A stretch of DNA of 64,000 nucleotides, from NCBI GenBank assembly GCA_965222605.1, contig OZ244960.1, positions 1,440,001-1,504,000 of the forward strand. The letters run 5' to 3'. A program made the position numbers and the translations under genes. Source of the stretch: Candidatus Latescibacterota bacterium. GTDB taxonomy: Bacteria; Latescibacterota; UBA2968. The number at the start of each line of letters is the position of its first letter. Position 1 is the first letter of the stretch. Shown piece by piece: positions 9,137 to 18,448 of the stretch. The notes beneath the pieces were generated by a model, which saw nothing but the letters and a program-made list of their open reading frames with translations, made no database searches and had not been told where the DNA came from.

Positions 9137-9410
9137 TCACGCATCTAACAGATGCTGAAATGCCTCAAGACTGACCACCTGAATCGCGGCGCGGTGCAAC
9201 TGCTTGAGGCGTTGCAAATCGTCGATGGCTGCAATGCGAGCAGATACAGGGTGTGACTCGTGCATATTAAATCGAATCTCTAACACTTCGAGGATATCTT
9301 CGAGCGTGCTTTTTCTTTCTCCTTGCTCAATGCCCTCCTCCCTGGCTTCCTCTCTGCTTTGTTGGGTAAGGGATTGAAAAAGAGATGATTCATTCGCGGA
9401 TGAGGTCCAT
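9137..9410 (-). pseudogene. stand-alone Rpn/DUF4351-like small protein (copy 3), frameshifted by a 4-bp duplication
   Basis: AAGGAG RBS + ATG 9410 reads MDLIRE then GAATGAAT; removing one GAAT gives MDLIRESSLFQSLTQQSREEAREEGIEQG... Confidence 0.7.
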
Positions 9411-9440
9411 GTGGGCTTCTCCTTGTAAAGTGTTTTATAC

Positions 9441-9790
9441 TCACTGACCGTTTGTTGTACTCCCATTTTGATCTTCTAAGGTAGCGCGTATGGCTTCTAT
9501 GTCAATATCCGGATGCATTTTTTTAACGATAGCAATGGTTTCCTCATGGCCTTTTCTTTGCCCATCCTGGAAGCGTTTTTCAAGATATCTTTCAGTCTCA
9601 GCACGGATTTTTTGAACTGGGACGATCGTGAGATTTACCCCCTCTATAATGAAGAATGCTAAAGTGATAGCCGAAAGACCTATGGATCCTATAATACTGA
9701 TTACCGTAATAATTGCATCGTAATCAGGTTCAGTAATTTTGTACCAATTGTACCAAAGGACCAGTGCCAGAGAAGAGACAAAGAACAGTA
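9441..9790 (-). pseudogene. 5'-truncated paralogue of the membrane protein at 6950..7468 with a different C-terminus
   Basis: Identity to copy A stops abruptly at 9790; tail is HEETIAIVKKMHPDIDIEAI. Confidence 0.75.
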
Positions 9791-9930
9791 GCGACTCCAA
9801 ACGCTATGGCGGCAGCAACATGGGCAATCTCGGCACCGTCCAAACCGAACCCATCGCAAGTCACGGTCATCCGCAATCCCTGCAAATCACCCTCCCCCCA
9901 CTCGCTGCAGTCATATTCAAACCTGAGTAA
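9791..9930 (+). pseudogene. glgB: 3' fragment of 1,4-alpha-glucan branching enzyme
   Basis: SDSKRYGGSNMGNLGTVQTEPIASHGHPQSLQITLPPLAAVIFKPE* matches the conserved GlgB C-terminus (YxGSNxGN...HG..xSL.LTLPPL). Confidence 0.8.
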
Positions 9931-9948
9931 ACGACATACATGTTCTCC

Positions 9949-9977
9949 TTGCACATGAAGCATAACGTTAGTAAAAT
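9949..9977 (+). promoter_or_regulatory. sigma70 promoter candidate for the R-M operon
   Basis: TTGCAC-17 bp-TAAAAT. Confidence 0.5.
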
Positions 9978-10102
9978 ATCGACATAGAAAACTATATTGC
10001 GCTGATCTCTGTACTGTTTCAAACAATCTCTCCCCACAGTATCTCTTTCGTCATATAAAATTTTATTTTTTCTGGTTCCATACTCATAATTTGGGGGATA
10101 CA

Positions 10103-11152
10103 ATGTCCAGAAGTGCGAGCTTTCAAATCGCGGATGTAATGCTATTTAACCAGGATGTTTTGGAATTATATGATAGCTGGAAAACGCCAGATGTGATTGT
10201 TTCTGATGGAGTTTATGGTGTATCCGGCTTCAAGAAAGATGCCAAAGAGCCTTCAACACTAACAGCCTGGTATCAACCACACATTCAAGCCTGGTCCCAA
10301 CATTCTAGACCAGGTACGACACTCTGGTTTTGGAATACAGAAATCGGATGGGCTACAGTACACCCTCTTTTAGAACGCTCTGGATGGGACTATGTGTGCT
10401 GCAATATTTGGAATAAGGGCATACAGCATATAGCTGGAAACTGCAATCTTCCAGCTCTAAAAGGTTTTCCAATTGTCACAGAAGTCTGTGTACAATACGT
10501 TAGGCGTCCAGAATTTCAAGTTGACGACCAGATATTGACCTTGAAGAGATGGTTGCGATTTGAATGGGAGAGAACCCAACTCCCTTTATACAAAACCAAT
10601 CAAGCATGTGGCGTTGCCAATGCTGCAACACGGAAGTATTTTACAAAAGATCATCTATGGTACGCACCACCTCCCGAACTTTTTGCAAAACTGGTGTCCT
10701 ATGCAAATCAACACGGCGAGGAAAGTGGTAAACCTTATTTTTCCGTGGATGGAAAGGAACCGCTTACCCAAAAAACGTACGAACATTTCTTTGCGAAATT
10801 TAAGGGCAAATATGGTATAACCAATGTTTGGGAGCATCCTCCGCTTCACAATAGTGAAAGAGTCAGATTGCCAGGATCGTCAAAATATGCCCATCTAAAT
10901 CAGAAGCCGCTAAAGATAGTAAAAATGCTGCTGGAAGTATCGTCTGAGCCTGGTGGCATTATTTGGGAGCCATTTGGAGGTCTATGTACTGCTGGATTGG
11001 CTTCATATCTTACCGAAAGACACGCTTACTGCGCCGAAATTGAAAGTGAAATTTACCTGATAGCCGTTGATCGAATAAAGTCACATTCCATCCCACTACT
11101 TGACGTACAAAAAAATAAGACAAACAGAGGAGCCGTAGATGCCTATGCTTGA
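10103..11152 (+). CDS. site-specific DNA methyltransferase (N4-C/N6-A, beta-class motif order)
   Basis: N-terminal motif IV-like SDGVY; C-terminal HLNQKP and motif I WEPFGGLCT. Confidence 0.88.
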   Translation: MSRSASFQIADVMLFNQDVLELYDSWKTPDVIVSDGVYGVSGFKKDAKEPSTLTAWYQPHIQAWSQHSRPGTTLWFWNTEIGWATVHPLLERSGWDYVCCNIWNKGIQHIAGNCNLPALKGFPIVTEVCVQYVRRPEFQVDDQILTLKRWLRFEWERTQLPLYKTNQACGVANAATRKYFTKDHLWYAPPPELFAKLVSYANQHGEESGKPYFSVDGKEPLTQKTYEHFFAKFKGKYGITNVWEHPPLHNSERVRLPGSSKYAHLNQKPLKIVKMLLEVSSEPGGIIWEPFGGLCTAGLASYLTERHAYCAEIESEIYLIAVDRIKSHSIPLLDVQKNKTNRGAVDAYA

Positions 11153-11240
11153 TGTTCCGATAAAGTTTGAACCAAACCCCGAATGGCCCCACTTCAAGAT
11201 GTGGGAGCGAATAGATGATATTATCTACTCAATTCCCGCT

Positions 11241-12707
11241 GGTCAAGTGCTATTTTTAGTTGAAATAATCGAGGCCGGTGGTTTCAATCAGCAGCAAGCG
11301 CGTCTTGCCAGTCTGTATCGAGTTTCAAGTCCTTCTGCAGTGCGCGCCTGAGCTTGGGCAGGCTTCGGAAGCCTTTAACCCTTCGCAAGCGCGGTTCAAT
11401 ATCCAACAGCGCAGTGGCTAACCAGCGTGTGCGTTGATTCGAGTTTGTCCATCGCTTCACATGAACGTGTCTGGAAAGCGACACGTTGTACACCATCCCT
11501 GGTGAGTTGTGCCACCATAGAGTTGAGGGACTCAATGCAGTTAGTGGTACGGAAAGACTGCTTCAACTGCGGCATGAGTCTTAGGCGATGCAGGCTCAGG
11601 GTTTCTTCAAGACCTTCTTCAAGGCTTTTTGTCGCGTCTTCGTTGATCAAAGTCAATTCAGGTTTAAGGGCATCAAGAGCAGCTTTAGCTTCCCGATAGG
11701 TGGGCAGATCGTAGGCATTTTGGAGGGTCTTTTTGATCTCATCTTGCTTTCCTTTAGGCAGATAGGAAATGACATTCTCACGTTTGTGCCATTGGCAACG
11801 CTGAATGACCACATAGCCATCAAGTGCCTTTGTAAGGGCAGCATACAAGCCTTTTGAGCCGTCAATAAGACACAGCAGGCCCTTGTGATAGACCAGATCA
11901 CGCTTTAGGAGGGACCGTATAAACTGTCGGCAGACACGCTCGTTCTCGGTCGCAGCCTGGACAAAGCCGAGGGGGATTTTGTCTCCTTCTATCGTTACGC
12001 CAAGGGCAATGATCATCTCCTGATCCGCAAAGGTCTTTCCATCTATAAATAGGGCGACGAGGTCATACTGTGCTAAAGAGCGTTCCTTGAACTGTTTCAA
12101 CTTTTGTGCCGACGCCTTGATAAAGCGTCTCGATACGGTAGATGAGGAGAGCCCAAAGGCTTCGGGTATCGCCTCAGCACAGGCTTGATAAGCGCGTGTG
12201 GCAATGCCTTTTATCATACGCAGGAGCAGCCCTTCATCCATCCTGCGGGGGTGCTGAAGATGATGATAGGTCTGTAAGGAGACTTCCTCATCGGTCACCA
12301 CATTACGTATCCTGGGAACAGGTATGGGCACTTTCTGATCGGAGAGATACACAGACCCTTGTTGACTGCCCCACCGACGATTGGGGTTTTGGGTGTCTTT
12401 GCGTGTGTATCTGTGACCTGCCAAGCGGGTCACTTCTTCTTGCAATTCTTCTGCCACGGCGTCTAATCCTAATGGGATCAAGGGCTAAGTCAACGCGATG
12501 CGTGTATCCAGTGCGCCCACTTCTTCTTCAAGGGGTGTCTCTGGCGTTGCATCGTCTTTGTGGATGGCCTTGACTTTGGGGGCTTTGTGCGATACTTTTT
12601 TCATCACGGGCTCCTTTGGTTGAGGACACAGCGTTTTCACGGTTGAATCTGCTGTATCCAATTTACATCGGAGCCTCTACTATTTCAACTAAGATAGGCA
12701 CATCGTC
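11241..12707 (-). mobile_element. IS256-family insertion sequence, 1467 bp
   Basis: 8-bp target duplication TTCCCGCT (11233-11240, 12708-12715); imperfect ~35-bp terminal IRs sharing ttagttgaaata...gaggc. Confidence 0.93.
11284..12604 (-). pseudogene. IS256/Mutator-family transposase, disrupted
   Basis: LFIDG, LIDGSKGL, QRCQWHKREN, TTNCIESLN; in-frame TAG at 12485-12487 and a 34-bp frameshifting insert near 11464-11497. Confidence 0.88.
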
Positions 12708-13626
12708 TTCCCGCTCACTTCGAAACAGAATTGCTCATAAAAGGAATCAATGTCACTGATATATTTTCCGTTGGCAGCGCGTTTGCTTCAATTGTCGAAA
12801 ACCAAGTTGTAAATATACTCAATCGTTTGCGGAATATATGGGACCCGGATAGCGAATATGCTGATTATGCATTTGTTAGACAATCTCAGACTTTTCCCGA
12901 TGTTTTGCTGAGAGGTCTTAGAGATGAAAATGAGATACTATTCGGTATCGAACTCAAATCCTGGTATGTACTCAGCAAAGAAGGTGAGCCGAGTTTCAGA
13001 TATCAGGTGACGCCTGAAGCATGTGCTACTGCTGATTTCATTGTTATTATTCCCTGGCTATTGTCAGAAGTAATTTCAGGTACACCCAGACTTCTGATTC
13101 CGTACAAAGAATCGGCCAGATTTGCTGCTGAATACCGAAATTACTATTGGCAAAAATCACGCCAAGAGCGGGATCAAAATCCCGACATCCAAGCACCACC
13201 TGAAGAGTATAGACATCCTTATCCGAGCAGCAAACAAGAATCGTCTGATAAAGCCGCGGCAGATAAGGGTGGGAATTTTGGCAGAATTGCTAGATCAGGG
13301 ATTCTCGATGCGTTCGTAAACAAGATCAAATCGCTTGATTATTTGGGAATAAAAATTGGCCATTGGATTATGTTTTTAAAGGCGATTTCAGAAACCAGTA
13401 CAGACGAACAAATTGGCAAAAGACTACAAACACTAAAATCTCACATTCAGACTGATATAAGTGAATCTGAACAAGATAAAAAGAGCTTTGAGTATAAAGA
13501 GTCGTTCTTTGATTTAATACAACAACTTGAAGATCTATGGCAAAAATCTTCGTGAAACAGCCGTGGGTTCATCAAACGAGAACCCAATCTGATCGAACAA
13601 ACATCTCACATTCAAAAGAGGCTGCG

Positions 13627-14871
13627 ATGAACAACACCGCCACAATACACACCCGTGCCTGGGCGAGCGATGAAGCCCTCACTCTCACCTTTCCCGAAGG
13701 CTGGACTGTCGAGACCTTTGGTCCAAAGGAATGCTCTCAAGTGACCGCAGACCAGATCCAAACCGCCTTTGACAACCCCATCGGTACACCCCGGATTTCA
13801 GAACTCGCCAAAGGGAAAAACAGCGCCGCAATTATCGTAGATGACTTAAGCCGTCCCACACCGGCTGCCGAACTCATCCCTTACGTCCTCAAAGAACTCG
13901 ACGCAGCGGGCATTCCCAAAAATCAAATCCGCTTTGTCGTAGGTGGAGGGTCTCACCGTCCAATCGACCAGGAGGAAATCGACAAAAAAGTGGGGACTGA
14001 TATCGCCCGCGCGTATGAAGTCACGAACCACAACTTCATGAGCGGCGACCTTCGCGCACTGGGCAGTCTGGACAGCGGCCTGCCCATTTACATCGACAGA
14101 GTTGTCGCAGACGCCGACTTTAAGCTCTGCCTTGGCGGCATCTATCCCCATGGCAATGTGGGTTTTGGCGGCGGTGCCAAGCTCATCGTACCGGGCGTCT
14201 CGGGCTTTGCCACCATGTTCTACTTTCACACCTTTTACGCAAGTCGGGGACACGCCAATATTGAACGACAGGGCGACGAACCTGACCATCGAGACGCCGC
14301 CGAATCAGTCGCAAAAGTCCTGGGCCTCGATACCGTCGTCAACGTGACACTCAATCGCAAACGCCAGATCAGCGGTGTTTTTGTGGGCGACTTCATCCAG
14401 GCGCAGCGCACCGGTGCCCGATTCGCGCTAAAAACCTACGCAACCCAGGCACCAGAAGCAGAGCCTGATCTCGTCATTGCCAACTGCTATCCGCTCGACT
14501 ACGACCCCATTCAAACCGGCAAAGCACTCTGGCCGCTTCGGCTGTTCAAAAACGCCTACAAAGTCGCCATCAATCCAGCCACCGATGGGATATGTCACCA
14601 CGGATTATTCGATGAAATAGACTACGCGCGGTTTTGCAATCTGAAATCAGAACAGCCGCAACAAGAACTCCCCGAACCCAAAATCGAAGGCACGCACCAG
14701 ACCCTGATGTGGTCTGAAAACTTTCCGGTTGACGACTTTTACAAACGCAACCCCGACGGTGTCCTCTTCCGCGACTGGGACACACTCCGCAATCAACTCA
14801 TTGAAAAATTGCCCGATAATGCCCGCGTTGCCGTTTTTCCCAATGCGGCCATTCAAATTCCCAAAAAATAA
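13627..14871 (+). CDS. lactate racemase LarA-like (DUF2088) protein
   Basis: IVDDLSRPTP, GGGSHR, PH..VGFGGGAKLIVPG. Confidence 0.85.
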   Translation: MNNTATIHTRAWASDEALTLTFPEGWTVETFGPKECSQVTADQIQTAFDNPIGTPRISELAKGKNSAAIIVDDLSRPTPAAELIPYVLKELDAAGIPKNQIRFVVGGGSHRPIDQEEIDKKVGTDIARAYEVTNHNFMSGDLRALGSLDSGLPIYIDRVVADADFKLCLGGIYPHGNVGFGGGAKLIVPGVSGFATMFYFHTFYASRGHANIERQGDEPDHRDAAESVAKVLGLDTVVNVTLNRKRQISGVFVGDFIQAQRTGARFALKTYATQAPEAEPDLVIANCYPLDYDPIQTGKALWPLRLFKNAYKVAINPATDGICHHGLFDEIDYARFCNLKSEQPQQELPEPKIEGTHQTLMWSENFPVDDFYKRNPDGVLFRDWDTLRNQLIEKLPDNARVAVFPNAAIQIPKK

Positions 14872-15034
14872 GGGTCTAAAACGCAGAATTTTTCTTTTTT
14901 CAACGCGCCTATCATGCTATATTGGGCCAATGCAATTATTCAAAAAAATCACGCAAGAGAACGGGGAGGCATAAGGACCGGGGGAGATCCTTGTAAATCC
15001 CTTGTTCTCTTGCGTTATTATATTGGAGGTCACC

Positions 15035-15835
15035 ATGCTGACACAAGAACAAATCGACTTCTACCGCGAAAACGGATATCTCAAATGCGAAGCACTCTTT
15101 ACCCCTGAAGAGACCGCTGAACTCGGCTCGGAAATGGTTCGCATCATTGAAAACTGGGGCAATGAGTCCATTGGCTGGCGGGGACCCTGGCGCGATCGAT
15201 ACTTGCCCGAAGACGAACGCCTCAACACCAAAGCGGTCTTTATGCACAATCCCCACTTCTACTCCGCAACCTGGGGGCGCGCCATCTTTAACGAACGGCT
15301 CGTGGCCTGTGTAGAAGACCTGATCCGCGACACCGTTCAGTGGCACCACACCGTGCTCCATGCCAAACCGCCAGAACTCGGCACGCCATTTCCCATGCAC
15401 CAGGACTATCCCTTTTATCCTCACGACGGCCCCGATTTTGTCGATTGCTTGCTACACCTGGACGACACCCCAATAGAAAGCGGGTGCTTGCGCGTGGTGC
15501 CCGGCAGCCACAAAAAAGGCCCGCTCGTTCACGTCCTGGGTCCAGACACCTCTCCTCATCTGCCGCCAGACGAGTACCACCCCGACAAAATCGACTCCAT
15601 CTTAATCCCGGCAAAAGCGGGAGACGTCATCTTCTTTAGCTATCAGATCATTCACTGGTCCGATTGCAACCGCACCAACGAGTGGCGAAAATCCGTTCGC
15701 TTCGGCTACCACAGCACCCAAATGCAACCCGTGGGCCGCGCAGAAGACGATCCCTATCGCATCGACTCCAACAATATTTTGGAACGCAAAGACAGCACCA
15801 TTGTGTCCGGCTTTAGAATGAATGAAGTGAATTAA
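15035..15835 (+). CDS. phytanoyl-CoA dioxygenase (PhyH) family protein
   Basis: GGAGG RBS; HQD...GCLRVVPGSH...IHWS Fe/2OG motifs. Confidence 0.92.
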   Translation: MLTQEQIDFYRENGYLKCEALFTPEETAELGSEMVRIIENWGNESIGWRGPWRDRYLPEDERLNTKAVFMHNPHFYSATWGRAIFNERLVACVEDLIRDTVQWHHTVLHAKPPELGTPFPMHQDYPFYPHDGPDFVDCLLHLDDTPIESGCLRVVPGSHKKGPLVHVLGPDTSPHLPPDEYHPDKIDSILIPAKAGDVIFFSYQIIHWSDCNRTNEWRKSVRFGYHSTQMQPVGRAEDDPYRIDSNNILERKDSTIVSGFRMNEVN

Positions 15836-15846
15836 AGGGTTTACAT

Positions 15847-17115
15847 ATGAATAAACCCAACATCATCATCGTACTGGCCGACGACATGGGCTATGGCGAT
15901 TCCAGTGCGTATGGGGGCTGGATTGACACGCCTGCGATGGAACAAATGGCTCGCGAAGGACTCAAATTCACCGACTTTCACTCCAGCGGTGCCGTTTGCA
16001 GCCCCACGCGCGCCGGGCTACTCACCGGACGCTACCAACAACGCGCAGGCGTGCCCAAAGTGATCAGCGCCGACCCCAAAAACGCCGACTACTATGTGGG
16101 ATTGTATCCCTCTGAAATCACCTTTCCCAAACTGCTCAAAAAAGCCGGCTACACCTCGACCATCTTTGGCAAATGGCACCTCGGGTACGACAAAAAATTC
16201 AATCCCATGCACCACGATTTCGATCGCTTCCGCGGGTACGTCAGCGGCAACATCGACTACATCTCGCACTACGACCGAATGGAAATTTACGACTGGTGGG
16301 AGGGCCTTGAACACATCGAAGAAGGAGGCTATACCACACATCTCATCACCCAACATTCGGTACAATTCATCAAAGACCATAAAGACACGCCCTTTTGCCT
16401 CTACGTTGCACACGAAGCCGTACACACCCCATTGCAAGGACCCGACGACCCCGCCATTCGCGGTCCGGAAAAAGCGAACTTTCATCCCGACGATCCCAAA
16501 GAGACCTACTGCCAGATGATGAAAGCCATGGACGACAGCCTGGCTGAAATTATGAGCACAGTGCGAGAACTCGGCATTGAGGAAAACACCCTGGTCTTCT
16601 TTTTTTCCGACAACGGCGGCACCCGTCAAAATCCCGAATCCAATGCACCGTTGCGCGGGAACAAGGGCACAGTATGGGAAGGCGGCCACCGCGTGCCCGC
16701 CATTGCATGGTGGCCCGGAACAATTGCCCCCAACAGCGTCACCGACCAACTCGCCATCAGCCTCGACCTCTTTCCCACCATGTGCGACCTCGCCAATGCA
16801 TCTGCGCCCGACAACCACTTTGACGGCATCAGCCTTAAATCCATCCTCCTGAACGAGAGTGAACCAAATCCACGACAATTGTTCTGGAATGGCCTTGCCA
16901 TGCGCGACGACAACTACAAACTCGTAATCGACAAAGGCACACCGCATCTATTCGACCTATCCCCTGACATATCGGAAAGCAATGACCTCGCATCGCAACA
17001 ACCCGATCGCGTCCGGCAAATGTGCCATGCAATCGATGCCTGGAAACGAGACGTAGCCGATGGCGCAACACCGCAACCTGAACGCGATGCGAAAGCGAAC
17101 GCAAGTATAGTATAA
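15847..17115 (+). CDS. sulfatase (Cys-type)
   Basis: PNIIIVLADDMGYGD, CSPTRAGLLTG, GKWHLG, SDNG. Confidence 0.95.
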   Translation: MNKPNIIIVLADDMGYGDSSAYGGWIDTPAMEQMAREGLKFTDFHSSGAVCSPTRAGLLTGRYQQRAGVPKVISADPKNADYYVGLYPSEITFPKLLKKAGYTSTIFGKWHLGYDKKFNPMHHDFDRFRGYVSGNIDYISHYDRMEIYDWWEGLEHIEEGGYTTHLITQHSVQFIKDHKDTPFCLYVAHEAVHTPLQGPDDPAIRGPEKANFHPDDPKETYCQMMKAMDDSLAEIMSTVRELGIEENTLVFFFSDNGGTRQNPESNAPLRGNKGTVWEGGHRVPAIAWWPGTIAPNSVTDQLAISLDLFPTMCDLANASAPDNHFDGISLKSILLNESEPNPRQLFWNGLAMRDDNYKLVIDKGTPHLFDLSPDISESNDLASQQPDRVRQMCHAIDAWKRDVADGATPQPERDAKANASIV

Positions 17116-17190
17116 TATGGAGTGGATCATGGTCCTGAATGCACTCGCCGCAGGCGATACAGAGACAGTGCTCGCGGTGTAGATGGCGCA

Positions 17191-17220
17191 TTGACTTATT
17201 GAGAGAGTCAGCGTTATATT
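17191..17220 (+). promoter_or_regulatory. sigma70 promoter candidate
   Basis: TTGACT-18 bp-TATATT upstream of the AAA ATPase. Confidence 0.45.
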
Positions 17221-17265
17221 CCACCATCTCAAAACTTTCGCCACAAAAAAAGAGGTAATAACGCT

Positions 17266-18444
17266 ATGTCCCAAGAACGACTCGGCAACCAACTGCACCT
17301 TCCGAGCCTGTCTATAAAGGGATTTCGGGGGATTGATGCGCTTACCATTGATCGGTTGGGCCGCGTAACCCTGATCGCCGGAAAGAATAGCGTCGGCAAA
17401 ACGACCATCTTAGATGCCATTCAGGTCTATGCGGCACGGGGGCATTATGATATTCTGTCTCAACTCCTAACAAGCCGCCAGGAAGTCTCTATTGCTACCC
17501 TCTCGGATGTCAGCGATCAAAGAAGATTTGTACCCGATTTTCCTGCCCTATTTCACGGACGCGATGCGTCGGAATGTGCCCGCATCGCAATTGGCCCGAA
17601 AAACGACACGGACCAACTCAGGATAGAGGAGAGTTTGCCGAGCGATAAGTCGGCTTATCAAATCGAAAAATATCTATCTCGGTCTGTTGCAAGAGGCTAC
17701 ACGCAAACATTCCGTGTCGTCTTTCAAGACACAGAACAGATACTTCCCTGGATACTCCCTATCCAGGGATCGGATGCGGCCAGAACCGTAGAACGTTATA
17801 GCGTTAGCGCGTGCTTATACTTAGAGAGGTTATTGGACGAAGCTAAATGGTCGTCTCCAATAGGATGTCAATTTTTGGGACCGGGCCTGTTGAGCGACGA
17901 AGAAATTGTACGATCCTGGAATGCCATTGCGCTGACGGAAGATGAGGACCGAGCAGTGCAAGCCCTTAGGCTGATCTTCGGCAACGACCTGGAGCGCGTT
18001 GCGGTGCGCCGAGATGAAATATCATCTAGTAAAGAATATGTCCAGCGAGTGGTAGCAAGGATCCGCGGTCAAACCCGTCCAGTCCCTTTGCAAAGTCTTG
18101 GCGATGGGGCACTGCACCTGGCTGGCGTCGCTCTGGCACTGACCAATAGCCGCGACGGTTTCTTGCTCATTGATGAAGCGGAAAATGGCATTCACCATTC
18201 TGTACAACGCGATTACTGGCGCATGGTATTCGAGACCGCAGAGGCAAACAACGTACAGGTTTTGGCGACAACGCACAGCTTTGACTGTCTGCGCGGCTTC
18301 GCACAAGCGATGATCGATTGTGAGGAGGTTGATGGTGCGCTCGTGCGCCTTGAACGGGAAAATGGTACCCTTCGTGCAGTTGAGTATTCAGAACGCAATA
18401 TCAAGGCCGCTGCGAAACAAAGCATTGATATTGAGATGAGGTAG
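17266..18444 (+). CDS. ABC-type AAA ATPase (AAA_15/AAA_21-like)
   Basis: IKGFRGI, GKNSVGKT, LGDG signature, LLIDEAENGIH, ATTHS. Confidence 0.92.
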   Translation: MSQERLGNQLHLPSLSIKGFRGIDALTIDRLGRVTLIAGKNSVGKTTILDAIQVYAARGHYDILSQLLTSRQEVSIATLSDVSDQRRFVPDFPALFHGRDASECARIAIGPKNDTDQLRIEESLPSDKSAYQIEKYLSRSVARGYTQTFRVVFQDTEQILPWILPIQGSDAARTVERYSVSACLYLERLLDEAKWSSPIGCQFLGPGLLSDEEIVRSWNAIALTEDEDRAVQALRLIFGNDLERVAVRRDEISSSKEYVQRVVARIRGQTRPVPLQSLGDGALHLAGVALALTNSRDGFLLIDEAENGIHHSVQRDYWRMVFETAEANNVQVLATTHSFDCLRGFAQAMIDCEEVDGALVRLERENGTLRAVEYSERNIKAAAKQSIDIEMR

Positions 18445-18448
18445 GTGG

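Larger units (their letters stand above)
11139..13555 (+). pseudogene. type II restriction endonuclease (PD-(D/E)xK) interrupted by IS256
   Basis: Joining 11139-11240 to 12716-13555 gives an intact 313-aa frame (IYSIPA|HFETELLIKG) with FPDVLL...GIELKSW; overlaps the MTase stop. Confidence 0.85.

Noticed and set aside
8926-9144. 72-aa minus-strand ORF
   Set aside because: Runs through a terminator-like hairpin and has no recognisable features.
16018-16947. 309-aa antisense ORF
   Set aside because: Shadow of the sulfatase gene caused by codon bias.
17117-17182. 21-aa ORF MEWIMVLNALAAGDTETVLAV
   Set aside because: No RBS and no other support.
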